Shown here: positions 50,834 through 63,675 of the stretch, piece by piece
How positions within the stretch are numbered: the first letter of the stretch is position 1
How the letters are laid out: each line of letters starts with the position of its first letter
Assembly: GCA_040767805.1 (NCBI GenBank)
Contig: JAXGNU010000004.1
Coordinates: forward strand, 32,001-96,000
From: Thermovirgaceae bacterium
Lineage (GTDB): Bacteria; Synergistota; Synergistia; Synergistales; Thermovirgaceae
Direction: 5' to 3'
Length of the DNA: 64,000 bases
Made by a program: the position numbers and the translations under genes
Notes under the pieces: generated by a model
Seen by the model: only the letters and a program-made list of their open reading frames with translations
Database searches by the model: none
What the model was told of the DNA's origin: nothing

Positions 50834-51451
50834 TCATTTTCTCACTCCTATCGCTGTCTTCCCGGCCTTGACCTTCGCCCCGACGGTCACGGCCGGTGTA
50901 ACGCCCTCCGGAAGGTACAGGTCAACTTTTGAGCCCAATTTTATCATGCCGAACCGCTCCCCGCGAGCAAGGAAATCCCCCTTCTTCCTGGAGCAGGTTA
51001 TCCTCCTTGCCAGGAATCCCGCGACCTGGACCGTCATCCCCCTTCCATGGCGGGTCTGGAAACCCATGTAAAACCGCTCGTTCTCGAGGGAGGCCTTGGG
51101 GTTGAAGGCCATCAGTTTCTTCCCCGGCACGTACTCCATGAAGGCCACGGTGCCGTCGAAGGGCATCCTGTTCACGTGCACATCGAGGGGCGACATGAAG
51201 ACCCCCACGACGGTGCTTTTGCCCGTAAAGGGGTGCTCCGAGGGGCGGATCTCCGTCACACTGCCGTCGGCGGGGCTCACCCAGGCCTCCACATCCTCAG
51301 GGGGGATCCGCTCGGGGTCCCTGAAGAACCAGGCGAGAAAAACCGCCGCCGCCCCGAGAAGGCACCCGGCAAGGGCGCCCAGGGTAATGGCCGCGAGGAC
51401 CGCCGCTCCGGCGAAGAGCAGGACCGGTCTTTTACCCTCGGGTGCAAGCAT
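50834..51451 (-). CDS. psd: Phosphatidylserine decarboxylase
   Basis: FFRDPER, SPADG, FMSPLDVHVNR, KLGS autocleavage motif. Confidence 0.93.
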   Translation of the reverse strand: MLAPEGKRPVLLFAGAAVLAAITLGALAGCLLGAAAVFLAWFFRDPERIPPEDVEAWVSPADGSVTEIRPSEHPFTGKSTVVGVFMSPLDVHVNRMPFDGTVAFMEYVPGKKLMAFNPKASLENERFYMGFQTRHGRGMTVQVAGFLARRITCSRKKGDFLARGERFGMIKLGSKVDLYLPEGVTPAVTVGAKVKAGKTAIGVRK

Positions 51452-51457
51452 GGAATC

Positions 51458-53905
51458 CTATTCCCCCTCCCCCTCGCCGGACCGTATGACGCTTATATCG
51501 GCCACCATATCACCCTCGGCGACCTTCACCACCCTGTAGCCGGTGGCGGCCCTCCCCAGGGTGGAGACTTCGTCCACGTTCATGCGGATGACCCGGCCCC
51601 TGTTGGTCATGGCGATGATCTGGTCCTCGTCCATTAGTCCCCAGGCCCCCACGAGGAGGCCCGTCTTGGAGGAGATCCTCATGGCCCTGACCCCCCCGGT
51701 GGCCCTGTGGTGAGCCGTGAACTCGTCGAAGGCGGTCCTCTTCCCGACGCCGAGTTCGCTCACCAGCAACACCTGGTGGCCGGGCTTCACGATATCACAA
51801 CCCACCACGCTGTCACCCGCCTTAAGGCGTATTCCACGCACCCCCCTGGCCTGGCGGCCCAGGGGCCTGAACTCGCCCTCGAAGACCCTCAAGGCCTGCC
51901 CCTTGGCGGTGACCATGAGTATTTCTTCTTCGCCGCTGGTGAAGCGCACCCTGGCAATCTCGTCGCCGTCGTCCAGGGAGAGCACCCTCCTCCCCGCCCG
52001 GGTGAGGTTCTCCAGTTCCTCGGCGGGGAGCCTCTTGGCCACTCCCCTGGCGGTGATGAAGAACACGAAGCTGGCGCCCCGGAGGTGCCTGTCTTTCATG
52101 GCCACCACGGACTCGCCGTTCTCCAGGGAGATGAACTGGCTCGCGAGGCGACCCTTGCCGGTCCTGGGCTCGGGAATGACGTGACCCTTGAGGGCGAAGA
52201 CCCTCCCCCTGTTGGTGAAAAGGAAAATGTCCCTGTGGGTGGAGGATACGGTTATGATCGCCGCCTCGTCCCCCACCTTCGGCGTGGCGCCCTTCACGCC
52301 CTTGCCGCCGCGCCCCTGGAGCCGGTACTGCTCGAGGGGCATCCTCCTCAGGAAACCATCCCTGGAGAGGACCACGACGATCTCCTCCTCGGGGATCAGG
52401 TCCTCGATGGAGACCTCGTCCACGGCGTCGACGATGGTCGTCCTCCTGTCGTCGGCGAAATCCCGGCGGACTTCCCGCAGTTCCTCCCGGACGACCATGT
52501 CGAGGGCCGCGGGGTTGCCCAGGATGCTCTTGTACTTTTCGATGTCGGCGATCAGTTGGGCCAATTCCTCCTCGAGTTTTCCCTTCTCGAGGTTCGTGAG
52601 CCGCTGGAGCCTCATGTCCAGTATGGCCTGGGCCTGGGCTTCGCTGAAGCCCAACTTTTCGACGAGCCCCGCCCTGGCCTCGGAGGGATCCTTCGAGGAC
52701 TTTATGAGGGCGATGACGGCGTCGATGATGTCGATGGCCCTGACCAGCCCCTCCACGATGTGGACCCTCTCCTCGGCCCTCCGGAGGCGGAACACCGTCC
52801 TTCGGCGGATGACCTCCCGGCGGTAGTCAAGGAAGAGCCCCAGCATGGCGGGCATGGACATCTCGACGGGCCGCCCGTCCACCAGCGCCAGGTTTATCAC
52901 CCCGAAGGTCGCCTGGAGGGGGGTCCTGCGGAAGAGCTGCCTGAGCACGAGCTCGGGGGTGGCGTCCCTCACCAGTTCCAGGACGACCCTGATCCCCCTC
53001 CAGTCGGACTCGTCCCTGAGGTCCGTTATGCCGTCGATGACCTTGGCCTGGACCCCCTTCGCTATGGACTCCAGGAGGGTCGTCTTGTTGACCATGAAGG
53101 GGATCTCGGTGATCACGATGTAGTCCTTGCCCTTGCGCCCCTCCTCGACATGGGCTTCGCCGCGGATGACCAGTTTTCCCCGGCCGGTGCGGAAGGCGTC
53201 CAGGATCCCCTGCCTGCCCAGGATCACGCCTCCCGTCGGGAAGTCCGGCCCCGGGAGGACGGCGAGGATATCCTCCAGCTCGGCGGAGGGGTCGTCCAGG
53301 AGCAGGCAGAGGGCGTCCACGACCTCCCCCAGGTTGTGGGGAGGCATGTTGGTGGCCATGCCGACGGCTATGCCCGTGCTGCCGTTGACCAGGAGGTTCG
53401 GGACCCTAGCCGGGAGCGTCAGGGGCTCCTTCAGGGAGTCGTCGAAGTTGGGCCCCCAGTCGACGGTGTCCTCCTCGATATCGGCCAGCATCTGCTCGCC
53501 CAGGGCCGAAAGCCTGGCCTCGGTATAGCGCATCGCCGCCGGGGGGTCGCCGTCGAGGGAGCCGAAGTTCCCCTGGCCGTCGACGAGGGTCTTCCTCATC
53601 GAGAAGTCCTGGGCCATCCTCGTCATCGTGTCGTAGATGGCCGAGTCGCCGTGGGGGTGGTACTTGCCCATGGTCTCCCCCACGACCCTGGCGGATTTCT
53701 TGTAGGGCTGGTTATGTCTCAGCCCCAGCTCGAGCATCGAGTAAAGGACCCTCCGCTGGACCGGCTTGAGGCCGTCCCTGGCGTCGGGGAGGGCGCGCCC
53801 CACGATCACGCTCATGGCGTAGTCGAGGTAACTGTGCTTGATCTCCTCCTCGATGGGGAGGGGTATCACTTTCCCGAAAGGAAGTTCCCCTGACTTCTTT
53901 TCCAT
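51458..53905 (-). CDS. gyrA: DNA gyrase subunit A
   Basis: [14 protein letters not shown], GyrA-box QGRGGKG. Confidence 0.96.
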   Translation of the reverse strand: MEKKSGELPFGKVIPLPIEEEIKHSYLDYAMSVIVGRALPDARDGLKPVQRRVLYSMLELGLRHNQPYKKSARVVGETMGKYHPHGDSAIYDTMTRMAQDFSMRKTLVDGQGNFGSLDGDPPAAMRYTEARLSALGEQMLADIEEDTVDWGPNFDDSLKEPLTLPARVPNLLVNGSTGIAVGMATNMPPHNLGEVVDALCLLLDDPSAELEDILAVLPGPDFPTGGVILGRQGILDAFRTGRGKLVIRGEAHVEEGRKGKDYIVITEIPFMVNKTTLLESIAKGVQAKVIDGITDLRDESDWRGIRVVLELVRDATPELVLRQLFRRTPLQATFGVINLALVDGRPVEMSMPAMLGLFLDYRREVIRRRTVFRLRRAEERVHIVEGLVRAIDIIDAVIALIKSSKDPSEARAGLVEKLGFSEAQAQAILDMRLQRLTNLEKGKLEEELAQLIADIEKYKSILGNPAALDMVVREELREVRRDFADDRRTTIVDAVDEVSIEDLIPEEEIVVVLSRDGFLRRMPLEQYRLQGRGGKGVKGATPKVGDEAAIITVSSTHRDIFLFTNRGRVFALKGHVIPEPRTGKGRLASQFISLENGESVVAMKDRHLRGASFVFFITARGVAKRLPAEELENLTRAGRRVLSLDDGDEIARVRFTSGEEEILMVTAKGQALRVFEGEFRPLGRQARGVRGIRLKAGDSVVGCDIVKPGHQVLLVSELGVGKRTAFDEFTAHHRATGGVRAMRISSKTGLLVGAWGLMDEDQIIAMTNRGRVIRMNVDEVSTLGRAATGYRVVKVAEGDMVADISVIRSGEGEGE

Positions 53906-54085
53906 GAAAGGCTCCAACTCCTCCTGAATCGGTGACAGCAAAAAGCGGCGGGTAGGACCGCCGCCGCGAGGCGAAAGCAGGACACCCGGGGTGAGACCCC
54001 CGGCCCCCGCAGTGCTATTTTACACCAAAAATCCCTCTTTCCAGGGTGCCGCCGGGGCCCCGGCACGGGCCCCGGCGAGGGATGA

Positions 54086-55267
54086 CTACATCTTGTCGGC
54101 TATTTCCCTTCCCAGCGCCCTGGACTTTTCGAGACCTTCCGCGTCGGGGCGCCACTTGATGTTGAGCCCCTTGGCGGCCAGGGGGATACCGGCCGCCTCC
54201 AGGTGGCCTTCCACCCTGGCCACGTTTTCACCGCTCCAGCCGTAGGAGCCGAAGGCCGCCCCGACCTTGTTCTTGAACTTGAGCCCCCTCAGGTCCTCCA
54301 GGATGGGTGTTATCGTGGGCAGCAGGCCGCCGTTGAGACAGGAGGACCCGATGACGACAGCCCTCGAGCGGAAGACCTGGGCCAGCACGTCGTTGCGGTC
54401 GGCTAGGGCCATGTGGAACACCTTCGACGGGACGCCCTTCTCCGCCAGGCCTTCGCTTATGGCGCCGGCCATGTCCCTGGTGGAGTTCCACATGGTGTCG
54501 TACAGGATGACGGCGCTCCTCTCGGGTTCCTGCCTGGCCCATTCCTGGTATTTTTTCACGATCTGGAGCGGGTCCTTCCGCCAGATCACGCCGTGGCTCG
54601 GGGCTATCATATCGACCTTGAGCCCCAGGCCCAGCACTTCGTCGATCTTCTTGAGCACCATGGGGCTGAAGGGGGTCAGGATGTTGGCGTAGTACTTGAG
54701 GCACTCCTGGTAGAGTTCCTCCTGGTCGACCTGGTCGTTGTAGGGGAAGGCCGAGGCGTAGTGCTGGCCGAAGGCGTCGTTGGGCATGAGGAGGTCTCTC
54801 CCCGAGAGGTAGGTGAACATGCTGTCGGGCCAATGGAGCATGGTCGCCTCGACGAAGATCATCTCCGTCTCGCCCAGGGGGATCTTGTCCCCGGTCTTGA
54901 CCTGCCGGAACTTCCACTCCTTGTGGAAGTGGCCCGGGATGCTGTCCATGCCCCGGGGTGACACGATAACCTCGGCCTGGGGCGCAAGTTCCATCAGGGC
55001 GCCCAGGGCCCCGGAGTGGTCGGTCTCGGCGTGGTTGGCCACCACGTAGTCGATCCTGGAGGGGTCGACCAGGGACTTGACGTTGTCCAGGAACTTCTCC
55101 GTGAAGGGATCCCAGACCGTGTCCACCACGGCGATTTTCTTGTCGCGGACCAGGTAGGCGTTGTAGGTGCTTCCCCGGTGGGTCGAAAGTTCATGGCCGT
55201 GGAAAAAGTTGAGGGCCCAGTCCTTGACCCCTACCCAGAAAACATCCTTCTTGATCTCGAAGACCAA
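54086..55267 (-). CDS. fprA: Flavodiiron protein (FprA, A-type flavoprotein)
   Basis: HAETDHSG, HWPDSM, DAFGQH, PSHG, FGSYGWSG. Confidence 0.92.
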   Translation of the reverse strand: MVFEIKKDVFWVGVKDWALNFFHGHELSTHRGSTYNAYLVRDKKIAVVDTVWDPFTEKFLDNVKSLVDPSRIDYVVANHAETDHSGALGALMELAPQAEVIVSPRGMDSIPGHFHKEWKFRQVKTGDKIPLGETEMIFVEATMLHWPDSMFTYLSGRDLLMPNDAFGQHYASAFPYNDQVDQEELYQECLKYYANILTPFSPMVLKKIDEVLGLGLKVDMIAPSHGVIWRKDPLQIVKKYQEWARQEPERSAVILYDTMWNSTRDMAGAISEGLAEKGVPSKVFHMALADRNDVLAQVFRSRAVVIGSSCLNGGLLPTITPILEDLRGLKFKNKVGAAFGSYGWSGENVARVEGHLEAAGIPLAAKGLNIKWRPDAEGLEKSRALGREIADKM

Positions 55268-55314
55268 TTCGCATCTCTCCTTTCCTCTTAGACGGGGGGC
55301 GCTCCCCCCCGCCC

Positions 55315-55653
55315 TCAAAGCAGCCTCGTCGAGGTGACGGGCCTCGGCGTCTTCACCACCAGCACCCTGAAGGTGGCACCGCTCTCATTGTACCAGCAGT
55401 GAGGTATGTCCTTGGGGCTTTCTATAAGCGCGTCCTTAGACACGGCTTTCTTCTCGTCACCGATCTCCACGACGCCGGTGCCTTCGAGGACGTAAAAGAA
55501 CACGTCCACCGGGGTGACGTGCTTTTTCAGCGACTCCCCCGGTTCCAGGGTAATATGCACCACCTGCGCGTCGGGCGTATCGTAGAGCTTGCAGACCTTG
55601 ACCCCGTGGGGGGTGGTAACCAGCGCGGCTTCCCTGAAGCTCGTTATCTTCAA
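55315..55653 (-). CDS. Cupin domain protein
   Basis: HVTP..FYVLEGTG...PH; strong SD before TTG. Confidence 0.85.
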   Translation of the reverse strand: MKITSFREAALVTTPHGVKVCKLYDTPDAQVVHITLEPGESLKKHVTPVDVFFYVLEGTGVVEIGDEKKAVSKDALIESPKDIPHCWYNESGATFRVLVVKTPRPVTSTRLL

Positions 55654-55852
55654 AGGATCCTCCCTCCTTTTCATGGGGACCTTCCTTTTGCCCTGACCCC
55701 CTTTCCGGAGGTCCCCTTCCACCGCATTCCAGACATCAGGGTATTTTTAAAATAATACCCTAAATCACATTTAAGTACTTAGCCGGGGCAAGGCTGTATA
55801 ATTCGGGCCATCAAGGGGAGTGAAGGCCATCCCTAACGAGAGGAGCCGGGAA

Positions 55853-56365
55853 ATGGCGGAAAGGATAGCTGTGCTGGTGGAGAACGATTTCCACGACGTA
55901 GAGTTCTGGTATCCCTTCTACAGGCTGCAGGAAGCGGGGCATGAGCCCATCATCGTCGCCCCGGCGGCCCCCAAGGTCTACCGGGGGAAGTACGGAACCA
56001 CGGTGGAAGCCCCCTACGACGCCGGGAGCGTCGCCGCCCAATCGCCGGCCGGCGTGGTGATACCCGGCGGGTGGGCGCCGGACCGGCTCAGGATGTCCGC
56101 CGAGATCGTGGGCCTCGTAAGGGGGACCTACGAGTCGGGCGGTTTCGTGGCGGGCATCTGTCACGCCGGCAGCCTGCTGGTCTCCTGCGGGATACTCGCC
56201 GGGAAGAGGGTGACGAGCTATCCCAGCCTCAGGGACGACATGGTCCTGGCGGGAGCCGAATGGGTGGATGCCGAGGTGGTGGTCTCCGACAGGATCATAA
56301 CCAGCAGGAGGCCGTCGGACCTCCCGGCCTTCATGGCCGAGGTGATGAAGGCCCTGGCGTCCTGA
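55853..56365 (+). CDS. PfpI/DJ-1 family protein
   Basis: DVEF, IPGGWAPDRLR, ICHA, TSRRPSDL. Confidence 0.92.
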   Translation: MAERIAVLVENDFHDVEFWYPFYRLQEAGHEPIIVAPAAPKVYRGKYGTTVEAPYDAGSVAAQSPAGVVIPGGWAPDRLRMSAEIVGLVRGTYESGGFVAGICHAGSLLVSCGILAGKRVTSYPSLRDDMVLAGAEWVDAEVVVSDRIITSRRPSDLPAFMAEVMKALAS

Positions 56366-56445
56366 AACCCCTCGGCGCCGGGCAGGCAATGCTATAATGT
56401 TTTCAGGTTGACTATGGGCCGCAGAAGAACGGGGAGGGACGGAGT

Positions 56446-58236
56446 ATGAAAAAGGTGAACAGCAGGATTGTTTTCACGGCCGCCTTGCTGGCCTTGATGG
56501 TAACGGCCTCGGGAGCCGCCTGGGGAGCCATGGGTGAGGTGACTTCCTTCACCTTCAGGGCCGCCCAGGAGGATGTCCTGGGCCTCGAAAGGTCCCTGGA
56601 AAAGGACGGGAAAGCCGACGCCCATTTCGCCCTTTCCCTCAAGGGCATCGGCGCCATCACCGAGGTCACGCTGAAGGCCCTCGACGGGGCGAGGGAATGG
56701 TCCCCCGCCGGGGGAGGCGGCCGCTGGGCCATGGTCGTCAGGGACGCCTCGGGGAAGACGGTCTCTTCCGAGTCGGGGCTGCCCGTAACGCCCTTCCTTG
56801 GGTTCGCGAACCTCAACCTTTTCGTCGCCGACGACGGGACGGCCTTTTCCGAGACGCGGGAATACGAGGTCACCGTCAAGTTCATCGACGGGAGCACCGC
56901 CTCGGCCAAGACCGAGGTCAAGGGGATGCCCGACATCTTCGGGACCCCCAAGCCGCCGGAGCCCGAGGGCGGGGTCATGACGGCGGTCCTCTACGGGATC
57001 GGTGACCGGGACGTCGCCGGCAAGAGGGAGACCCTGGGCAAGGACGGCACCAACGACGCCCACTTCCAGGTCCGCTTCACCACCCTGTCGGTGGTGGACC
57101 AGGTCACGATACGCAACGTGGATGGGACCAACGCGGTCTGGGACACGGTCCCCGGCAACGGGATCTGGGCGATAGCCGTGTTCCAGGACGGCAAACTAAA
57201 GAACCGGGCCGACGGCAGCGTGCGCTTCACCGTGGACGGGGACACCGTGCTTGACCTCTGGGTGGCCGATAACGGGGCGGTGGCCGGCGGCAAGACCCGC
57301 TTCGAGGTCATAATCAGGTTCGATGACGGGACCACCTTCAGCGAGACGGCCGTCCCAGGGACCCCCGAGGGGAAATCGCCCGTGGAGGATATCCTTTCAG
57401 CGGTGCTCTACGCCCCCGCGACCACGGACATAGCCAACCGGGGCGAGACCGTCGGAGCCAACGGGACCCCCGACTGGAGGATCACCCTCTCCCTCGCGGG
57501 CGAGGGGACCGTGATAAGTTTCATTGTCCGCGGGATCGAGGGTTCCGTGGCCGAGTGGGACACCCTCCCGGGCAACAAGAAACCCCTGGTGGTGGTCACC
57601 GACTCGGGCGGCAAGATCCTCAACGCACCCAACGGTTCGGTCTCGATCCCCCTGGCCGGCAGAAAGGACCTCTCCCTCTGGCTTGACGACGCGGGGGCCC
57701 TTTCGGAGGCGACCAACAAGTTCAGGGTCATCGCGGTCCTGAGCGATGGGAGGACCTTTGAGAGGCTCATCGAACGGCCGTCGCCCCACCTCCCGGCCCC
57801 CAAGGGCACGGGGGAGGTCGTGGAATCGGACAGCGTCAGGCCCTTCTACATGGGCAAGGGACCGAGGAACATCCTAGGCAAGGGGGAACCGGCGGACATA
57901 ACCAAGGGCCTCGACGCGAACCCCGACGCCCACGTGAGGCTCAGGCTCGCGTCCCTCGACGGGACCATCGAGTCCCTGACGGTGGAATCCCTCGACGGCC
58001 AGGGAGGCGACTGGGACACCATCCCAGGCAACGGGAGGTGGCATATCGCCGTCACCGAGACCGCCACGGGACCGGTGCTGAACAAGAATGACGGTTCCTT
58101 CACCAGGAAGGTCTCCGGGAGCAGCGAGTTCCACCTCTGGCTGGCCGACAACGGCAAGTTGAGCGCCAACCCCGCCGGCTACAGGGTCGTGGTCCGCTTC
58201 ACCGACGGCCGGGCCCTCTCGCAGAACCTGTTCTAG
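56446..58236 (+). CDS. Secreted hypothetical protein with four copies of a ~125-aa repeat
   Basis: Signal peptide; repeated DAHF / WDTxPGN / LWxAD / FxDG motifs. Confidence 0.8.
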   Translation: MKKVNSRIVFTAALLALMVTASGAAWGAMGEVTSFTFRAAQEDVLGLERSLEKDGKADAHFALSLKGIGAITEVTLKALDGAREWSPAGGGGRWAMVVRDASGKTVSSESGLPVTPFLGFANLNLFVADDGTAFSETREYEVTVKFIDGSTASAKTEVKGMPDIFGTPKPPEPEGGVMTAVLYGIGDRDVAGKRETLGKDGTNDAHFQVRFTTLSVVDQVTIRNVDGTNAVWDTVPGNGIWAIAVFQDGKLKNRADGSVRFTVDGDTVLDLWVADNGAVAGGKTRFEVIIRFDDGTTFSETAVPGTPEGKSPVEDILSAVLYAPATTDIANRGETVGANGTPDWRITLSLAGEGTVISFIVRGIEGSVAEWDTLPGNKKPLVVVTDSGGKILNAPNGSVSIPLAGRKDLSLWLDDAGALSEATNKFRVIAVLSDGRTFERLIERPSPHLPAPKGTGEVVESDSVRPFYMGKGPRNILGKGEPADITKGLDANPDAHVRLRLASLDGTIESLTVESLDGQGGDWDTIPGNGRWHIAVTETATGPVLNKNDGSFTRKVSGSSEFHLWLADNGKLSANPAGYRVVVRFTDGRALSQNLF

Positions 58237-58306
58237 GGTCGGACCTCCCAGGGGTTTTTTCGCGACGGGTCATTCCAGGGACCCCCTTAAAGGGGGTCCC
58301 TTCCTT

Positions 58307-59215
58307 TTATCCGCCCCCGTCGCCCGTAAAGGACAGTTTCCCCTCGAGGACGAGGAGCAGCACGGCCGTCACTATCAGCAGCGCTCCTTTCACCTGCCCC
58401 GCCGTTGGGAGCTCGCCGAGGAGAACCCAGGCCATGACGCCGGCGAAGACGATCTCCGACATGGAGGTGATCGACGCCGCCGTCCCGGGGATATGCTTGA
58501 GGGCGAAGGATATAAGGCCGTAGGATGCCAGCGTGGGCAAAAAGGCCAGGTGCGCCAGCGCCAGCAGGGCGGGGAGGGGAAGGCCCCGCAGGTCGGGGAT
58601 CTCGCCCCTGGAAAAGGCGATGACCCCCATCATGAGCGAACCCCAAAGGAACATCTGCACAAAGGTCTTGAAGGGCTCTTCCCTCCCGGTCCCGTAACGG
58701 CCGTTGAGGATGAAGAAGGAAAAACCCGCCCCCGAGACGACGGCAAGGACCACGCCGGTCATGTCCAGGTCGGCCACGCTCGCGCCGCCGATGCCGCCGA
58801 CGGCGACCCACACGCCGGCGAGACCGGCCGCCAGGGCCGCGAAACGGGTCCTGGTGAAGGGCTCCTTGCCCAGGGCGGCGGCACCCAGGGCCGTCCATAC
58901 GGGGTTTATATAGAAAAGGATGACCGTCAGCCCCACCGGTATGGTCACGAAGGCAATGTTCGACAAGTAGTAAACAAAGACCACGCCGAAAAGGCCCGAG
59001 AGGGCGTACTTCCAGCCGTCGGCGAAGCCCGGCACCAGGGCCCGCGGGTCCTTTAAAAGCGCGCAGGCTCCCGCCACAAGGGCTCCCGTGACGGCCCGGA
59101 CCAGGGAGACCCCGGCGGGGGATACGCCGTACTGGTAGGCCACCCTCTCGGCGGGGCCGAGGGAGCCGAAGAAAAGAGCGGCAAGGATAACGCAGGCGAA
59201 CCCCAACAGCCTCAA
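58307..59215 (-). CDS. EamA/DMT family transporter
   Basis: About 10 TM helices, LGKE / LLGE duplicated halves. Confidence 0.88.
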   Translation of the reverse strand: MRLLGFACVILAALFFGSLGPAERVAYQYGVSPAGVSLVRAVTGALVAGACALLKDPRALVPGFADGWKYALSGLFGVVFVYYLSNIAFVTIPVGLTVILFYINPVWTALGAAALGKEPFTRTRFAALAAGLAGVWVAVGGIGGASVADLDMTGVVLAVVSGAGFSFFILNGRYGTGREEPFKTFVQMFLWGSLMMGVIAFSRGEIPDLRGLPLPALLALAHLAFLPTLASYGLISFALKHIPGTAASITSMSEIVFAGVMAWVLLGELPTAGQVKGALLIVTAVLLLVLEGKLSFTGDGGG

Positions 59216-59409
59216 GGCGACAACCCCTTCTTTACACGACCCGGGGACCTTCCCGCCCGACCAGCCGGGGATGGGGCGGGGGGAGAGCCGGATTATGATC
59301 ATTTATCCTATATAATAGGACACAAAGGGGATGAAACGGTCGCCGGCGTCAAGGAAAAGATCGTTTCCGCCCACCACCGGCGGCGTTTCCTGGAAAAGGG
59401 GGAGACCCC

Positions 59410-60672
59410 ATGGGACTACCGTACATCGCCAGGATCGAGCACTATGAACCCTTCATCGGGAGCGAGGCCGTCGAGAGGATCCTCTCAAAGGCCTCGAAGA
59501 TGTCGGGCCGCAGGATCGTCCACATCAACTCCACCTTCTACGGCGGGGGCGTGGCCGAACTGCTCGGTTCCATGACCCTCCTGGCCAACCTGGCCGGCAT
59601 CCAGATGGGCTGGAGAGTCATCCAGGGTTCCCCCGACTTTTTCACCGTCACGAAGAAGATGCACAACGCCCTCCAGGGCGATGAGATCAACCTCAGTTGG
59701 AAGAAGTTCAGGATATACGAGCACGTGGTCTTCGAGAACGTCCTCCGGAACCACCTGGACCACGACATAGTCGTGATCCACGATCCGCAGCCCCTCCCGA
59801 TGATCCGTCATTACCACAAGAAAGGACCCTGGGTCTGGGTCTGCCACGTGGACCTTTCCAACCCGAACAGGAAACTGTGGCCCTACATCCGGAATTACGT
59901 CAACCGCTACGACGCCGCCGTCTTCAGCATACCCGAGTACAGGCAGGACACGAGGACCCCCCTGGTCTTCATCAAGCCCGCCATCGACCCCTTCAGTATC
60001 AAGAACCGGGACTTCTCGGAGGAGGAGATCCAGGAGAGGCTTGAAAGGTACGGGATACCCACCGACAAGCCCCTGGTGGTCCAGGTGTCCCGGTATGACC
60101 GCTGGAAGGACCCGGGGGGCGTGATCGAGGCCTTCAAGATAGCCCGCAAGGAGGTCGACTGCAACCTTGTCCTGCTGGGCAACATAGCCACCGACGACCC
60201 CGAAGGCGTGGAGATCTTCAACGAACTGAAGGAGAAGCAGGAAGAGGGCATAATCATGCTCACCGTCGAGGACACGGCCCTGGTGAACGCCCTCCAGCGC
60301 AAGGCGGCGGTAGTGATCCAGAAATCGATACGGGAGGGTTTCGGCCTGACCGTGACGGAGGCCATGTGGAAGGGCAAAGCGGTCATCGGGGGCAACGTGG
60401 GGGGAATAAGGCACCAGATAACCGACGGTGAGAACGGTTTCCTGGTCGACACGGTCGAGGAGGCAGCCGAGAGGATCGTAATGCTCCTGAAAGACCCGGG
60501 CCTGCGCGACCGGATCGGTGAGAAGGCCCGTGCCACGGTCAAGGAGAAGTTCCTCATGTCCCGCTACCTCGAGGACTACCTCGACCTCTTCAATTCCTTC
60601 GAAGCGAACTATACCCTCCGGGAACCGCTCTGGGACAGGAGAACCCGGCCCTGGGCCGGAAGACGCCGGTAA
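59410..60672 (+). CDS. TreT-like GT4 glycosyltransferase (trehalose synthase)
   Basis: NSTFYGGGVAE, HNALQG, IHDPQP, SRYDRWKD, EGFGLTVTEAMWK. Confidence 0.88.
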   Translation: MGLPYIARIEHYEPFIGSEAVERILSKASKMSGRRIVHINSTFYGGGVAELLGSMTLLANLAGIQMGWRVIQGSPDFFTVTKKMHNALQGDEINLSWKKFRIYEHVVFENVLRNHLDHDIVVIHDPQPLPMIRHYHKKGPWVWVCHVDLSNPNRKLWPYIRNYVNRYDAAVFSIPEYRQDTRTPLVFIKPAIDPFSIKNRDFSEEEIQERLERYGIPTDKPLVVQVSRYDRWKDPGGVIEAFKIARKEVDCNLVLLGNIATDDPEGVEIFNELKEKQEEGIIMLTVEDTALVNALQRKAAVVIQKSIREGFGLTVTEAMWKGKAVIGGNVGGIRHQITDGENGFLVDTVEEAAERIVMLLKDPGLRDRIGEKARATVKEKFLMSRYLEDYLDLFNSFEANYTLREPLWDRRTRPWAGRRR

Positions 60673-60688
60673 CCGGCGGGGGCGATCC

Positions 60689-62197
<1,509 letters not shown>

Positions 62198-62206
62198 TCC
62201 ACGCCC

Positions 62207-63487
62207 TCAGCGCCCCTCAAAGGGGTTCCTGAAGACCGCCCTGCCCCCCAACTGGTCCTCTATCTCCAGGAGCCTGTTGTACTTGGCGACGCGCTCGCTC
62301 CGGCAGGCGGAGCCCGTCTTGATCTGGCCGCCTCCCATGGCCACGGCCAGGTCGGCTATGAAGGTGTCCTCCGTCTCTCCGCTCCGGTGGGATATGACAT
62401 AACCCCAGCCGGCCTCCCTGCACATTTTTATCGTCTCCACGGTCTCCGTGACGGTGCCGATCTGGTTCAGTTTTATCAGGACGGCGTTGGCCGATCCTTC
62501 CCGAATGCCCCGTTCGACGAACCTGGCGTTGGTCACGAAGAGGTCGTCCCCCACGATCTGGACCCTGTCGCCCAGTTCGGCCGTCTGGGCCCGGAAACCC
62601 TCCCAGTCGTTCTCGTCGAGCCCGTCCTCGATGGAGACCACGTGGTACTTCTCAACCCATTCCCCGTAGAGGGCCGTCATCTGGTCGCTGGTCCGACTGC
62701 CCTGCCCCGACCGTGCCAGGTGGTAGGCGCCGTCTTCGAAGAAGGAACTGGCCGCCGGGTCCAGCGCCAGGGCGATGTCCCGGCCTGGGGTATAGCCCGC
62801 GGACTCGATGGCCTCGACGATGACCCGGCAGGCCTCGTCGTTGCTCCCCAGGTCCGGCGCGAAGCCCCCCTCGTCGCCCACGGCCGTGGCATAACCCTTC
62901 GCCGAGAGGATCTTTTTCAGGGCGTGGAAGGTCTCGGTGCCGTAGCGCAGGGCCTCGGCGAAGGTGGGGGCCCCGACGGGCATGACCATGAACTCCTGGA
63001 GGTCCACGCTGTTGTCGGCGTGCTTGCCGCCGTTGAGGATGTTCATCATCGGGACGGGCAGCCTTGCCGCCCCCGGGCCGCCCAGGTAGGCGTAAAGGGG
63101 GAGGTCCATGACCCTGGAGCCCGCCCTGGCCACGGCCATGGATACCCCGAGGATGGCGTTGGCGCCCAGGGCGCCCTTGTTCGCCGTACCGTCCAGTTCG
63201 ATCATCAGGCGGTCGATCTCCTCCTGGCGCGTAGGGTCCATCCCCACGAGGCGGGGGGCGATGATGGCGTTGACGTTTTCCACCGCCCGCAGGACGCCCT
63301 TGCCGCCGAACCGCGTCATGTCGCCGTCGCGGAGTTCTATCGCCTCTTTTTCCCCCGTGGACGCCCCGGAGGGTACCGAGGCGGAAACCTCGATGCCGCC
63401 GTCGAGCCTGCACCAGGTGCGGACGGTCGGGTTGCCCCTGGAATCCAGGATCTCCATTGCCCTGACAGCCGCGATGGTCTTCTTCAA
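62207..63487 (-). CDS. eno: Enolase
   Basis: [35 protein letters not shown]. Confidence 0.97.
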   Translation of the reverse strand: MKKTIAAVRAMEILDSRGNPTVRTWCRLDGGIEVSASVPSGASTGEKEAIELRDGDMTRFGGKGVLRAVENVNAIIAPRLVGMDPTRQEEIDRLMIELDGTANKGALGANAILGVSMAVARAGSRVMDLPLYAYLGGPGAARLPVPMMNILNGGKHADNSVDLQEFMVMPVGAPTFAEALRYGTETFHALKKILSAKGYATAVGDEGGFAPDLGSNDEACRVIVEAIESAGYTPGRDIALALDPAASSFFEDGAYHLARSGQGSRTSDQMTALYGEWVEKYHVVSIEDGLDENDWEGFRAQTAELGDRVQIVGDDLFVTNARFVERGIREGSANAVLIKLNQIGTVTETVETIKMCREAGWGYVISHRSGETEDTFIADLAVAMGGGQIKTGSACRSERVAKYNRLLEIEDQLGGRAVFRNPFEGR

Positions 63488-63675
63488 AACGGTCTCTCCC
63501 TTCGGTCGTTAATCCGCGCCTATCGATGGAACAAAGGCCCTGGGCTAACTATAACAGAAGGGAGGGCGGGCGGTGGGAGGTTATTAAGGCAGGCAGGCAT
63601 CCCTGCGGACCATTGTCCCCCTTGAAAAAGGGGGATATAATTATCGGCCGATGAATAACTTTTGGAGGTAATGCC

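Noticed and set aside
51707..53893. Long antisense ORFs (also 32006-33745, 41715-43457, 46569-48467)
   Set aside because: Shadow frames of high-GC3 genes with no recognisable motifs
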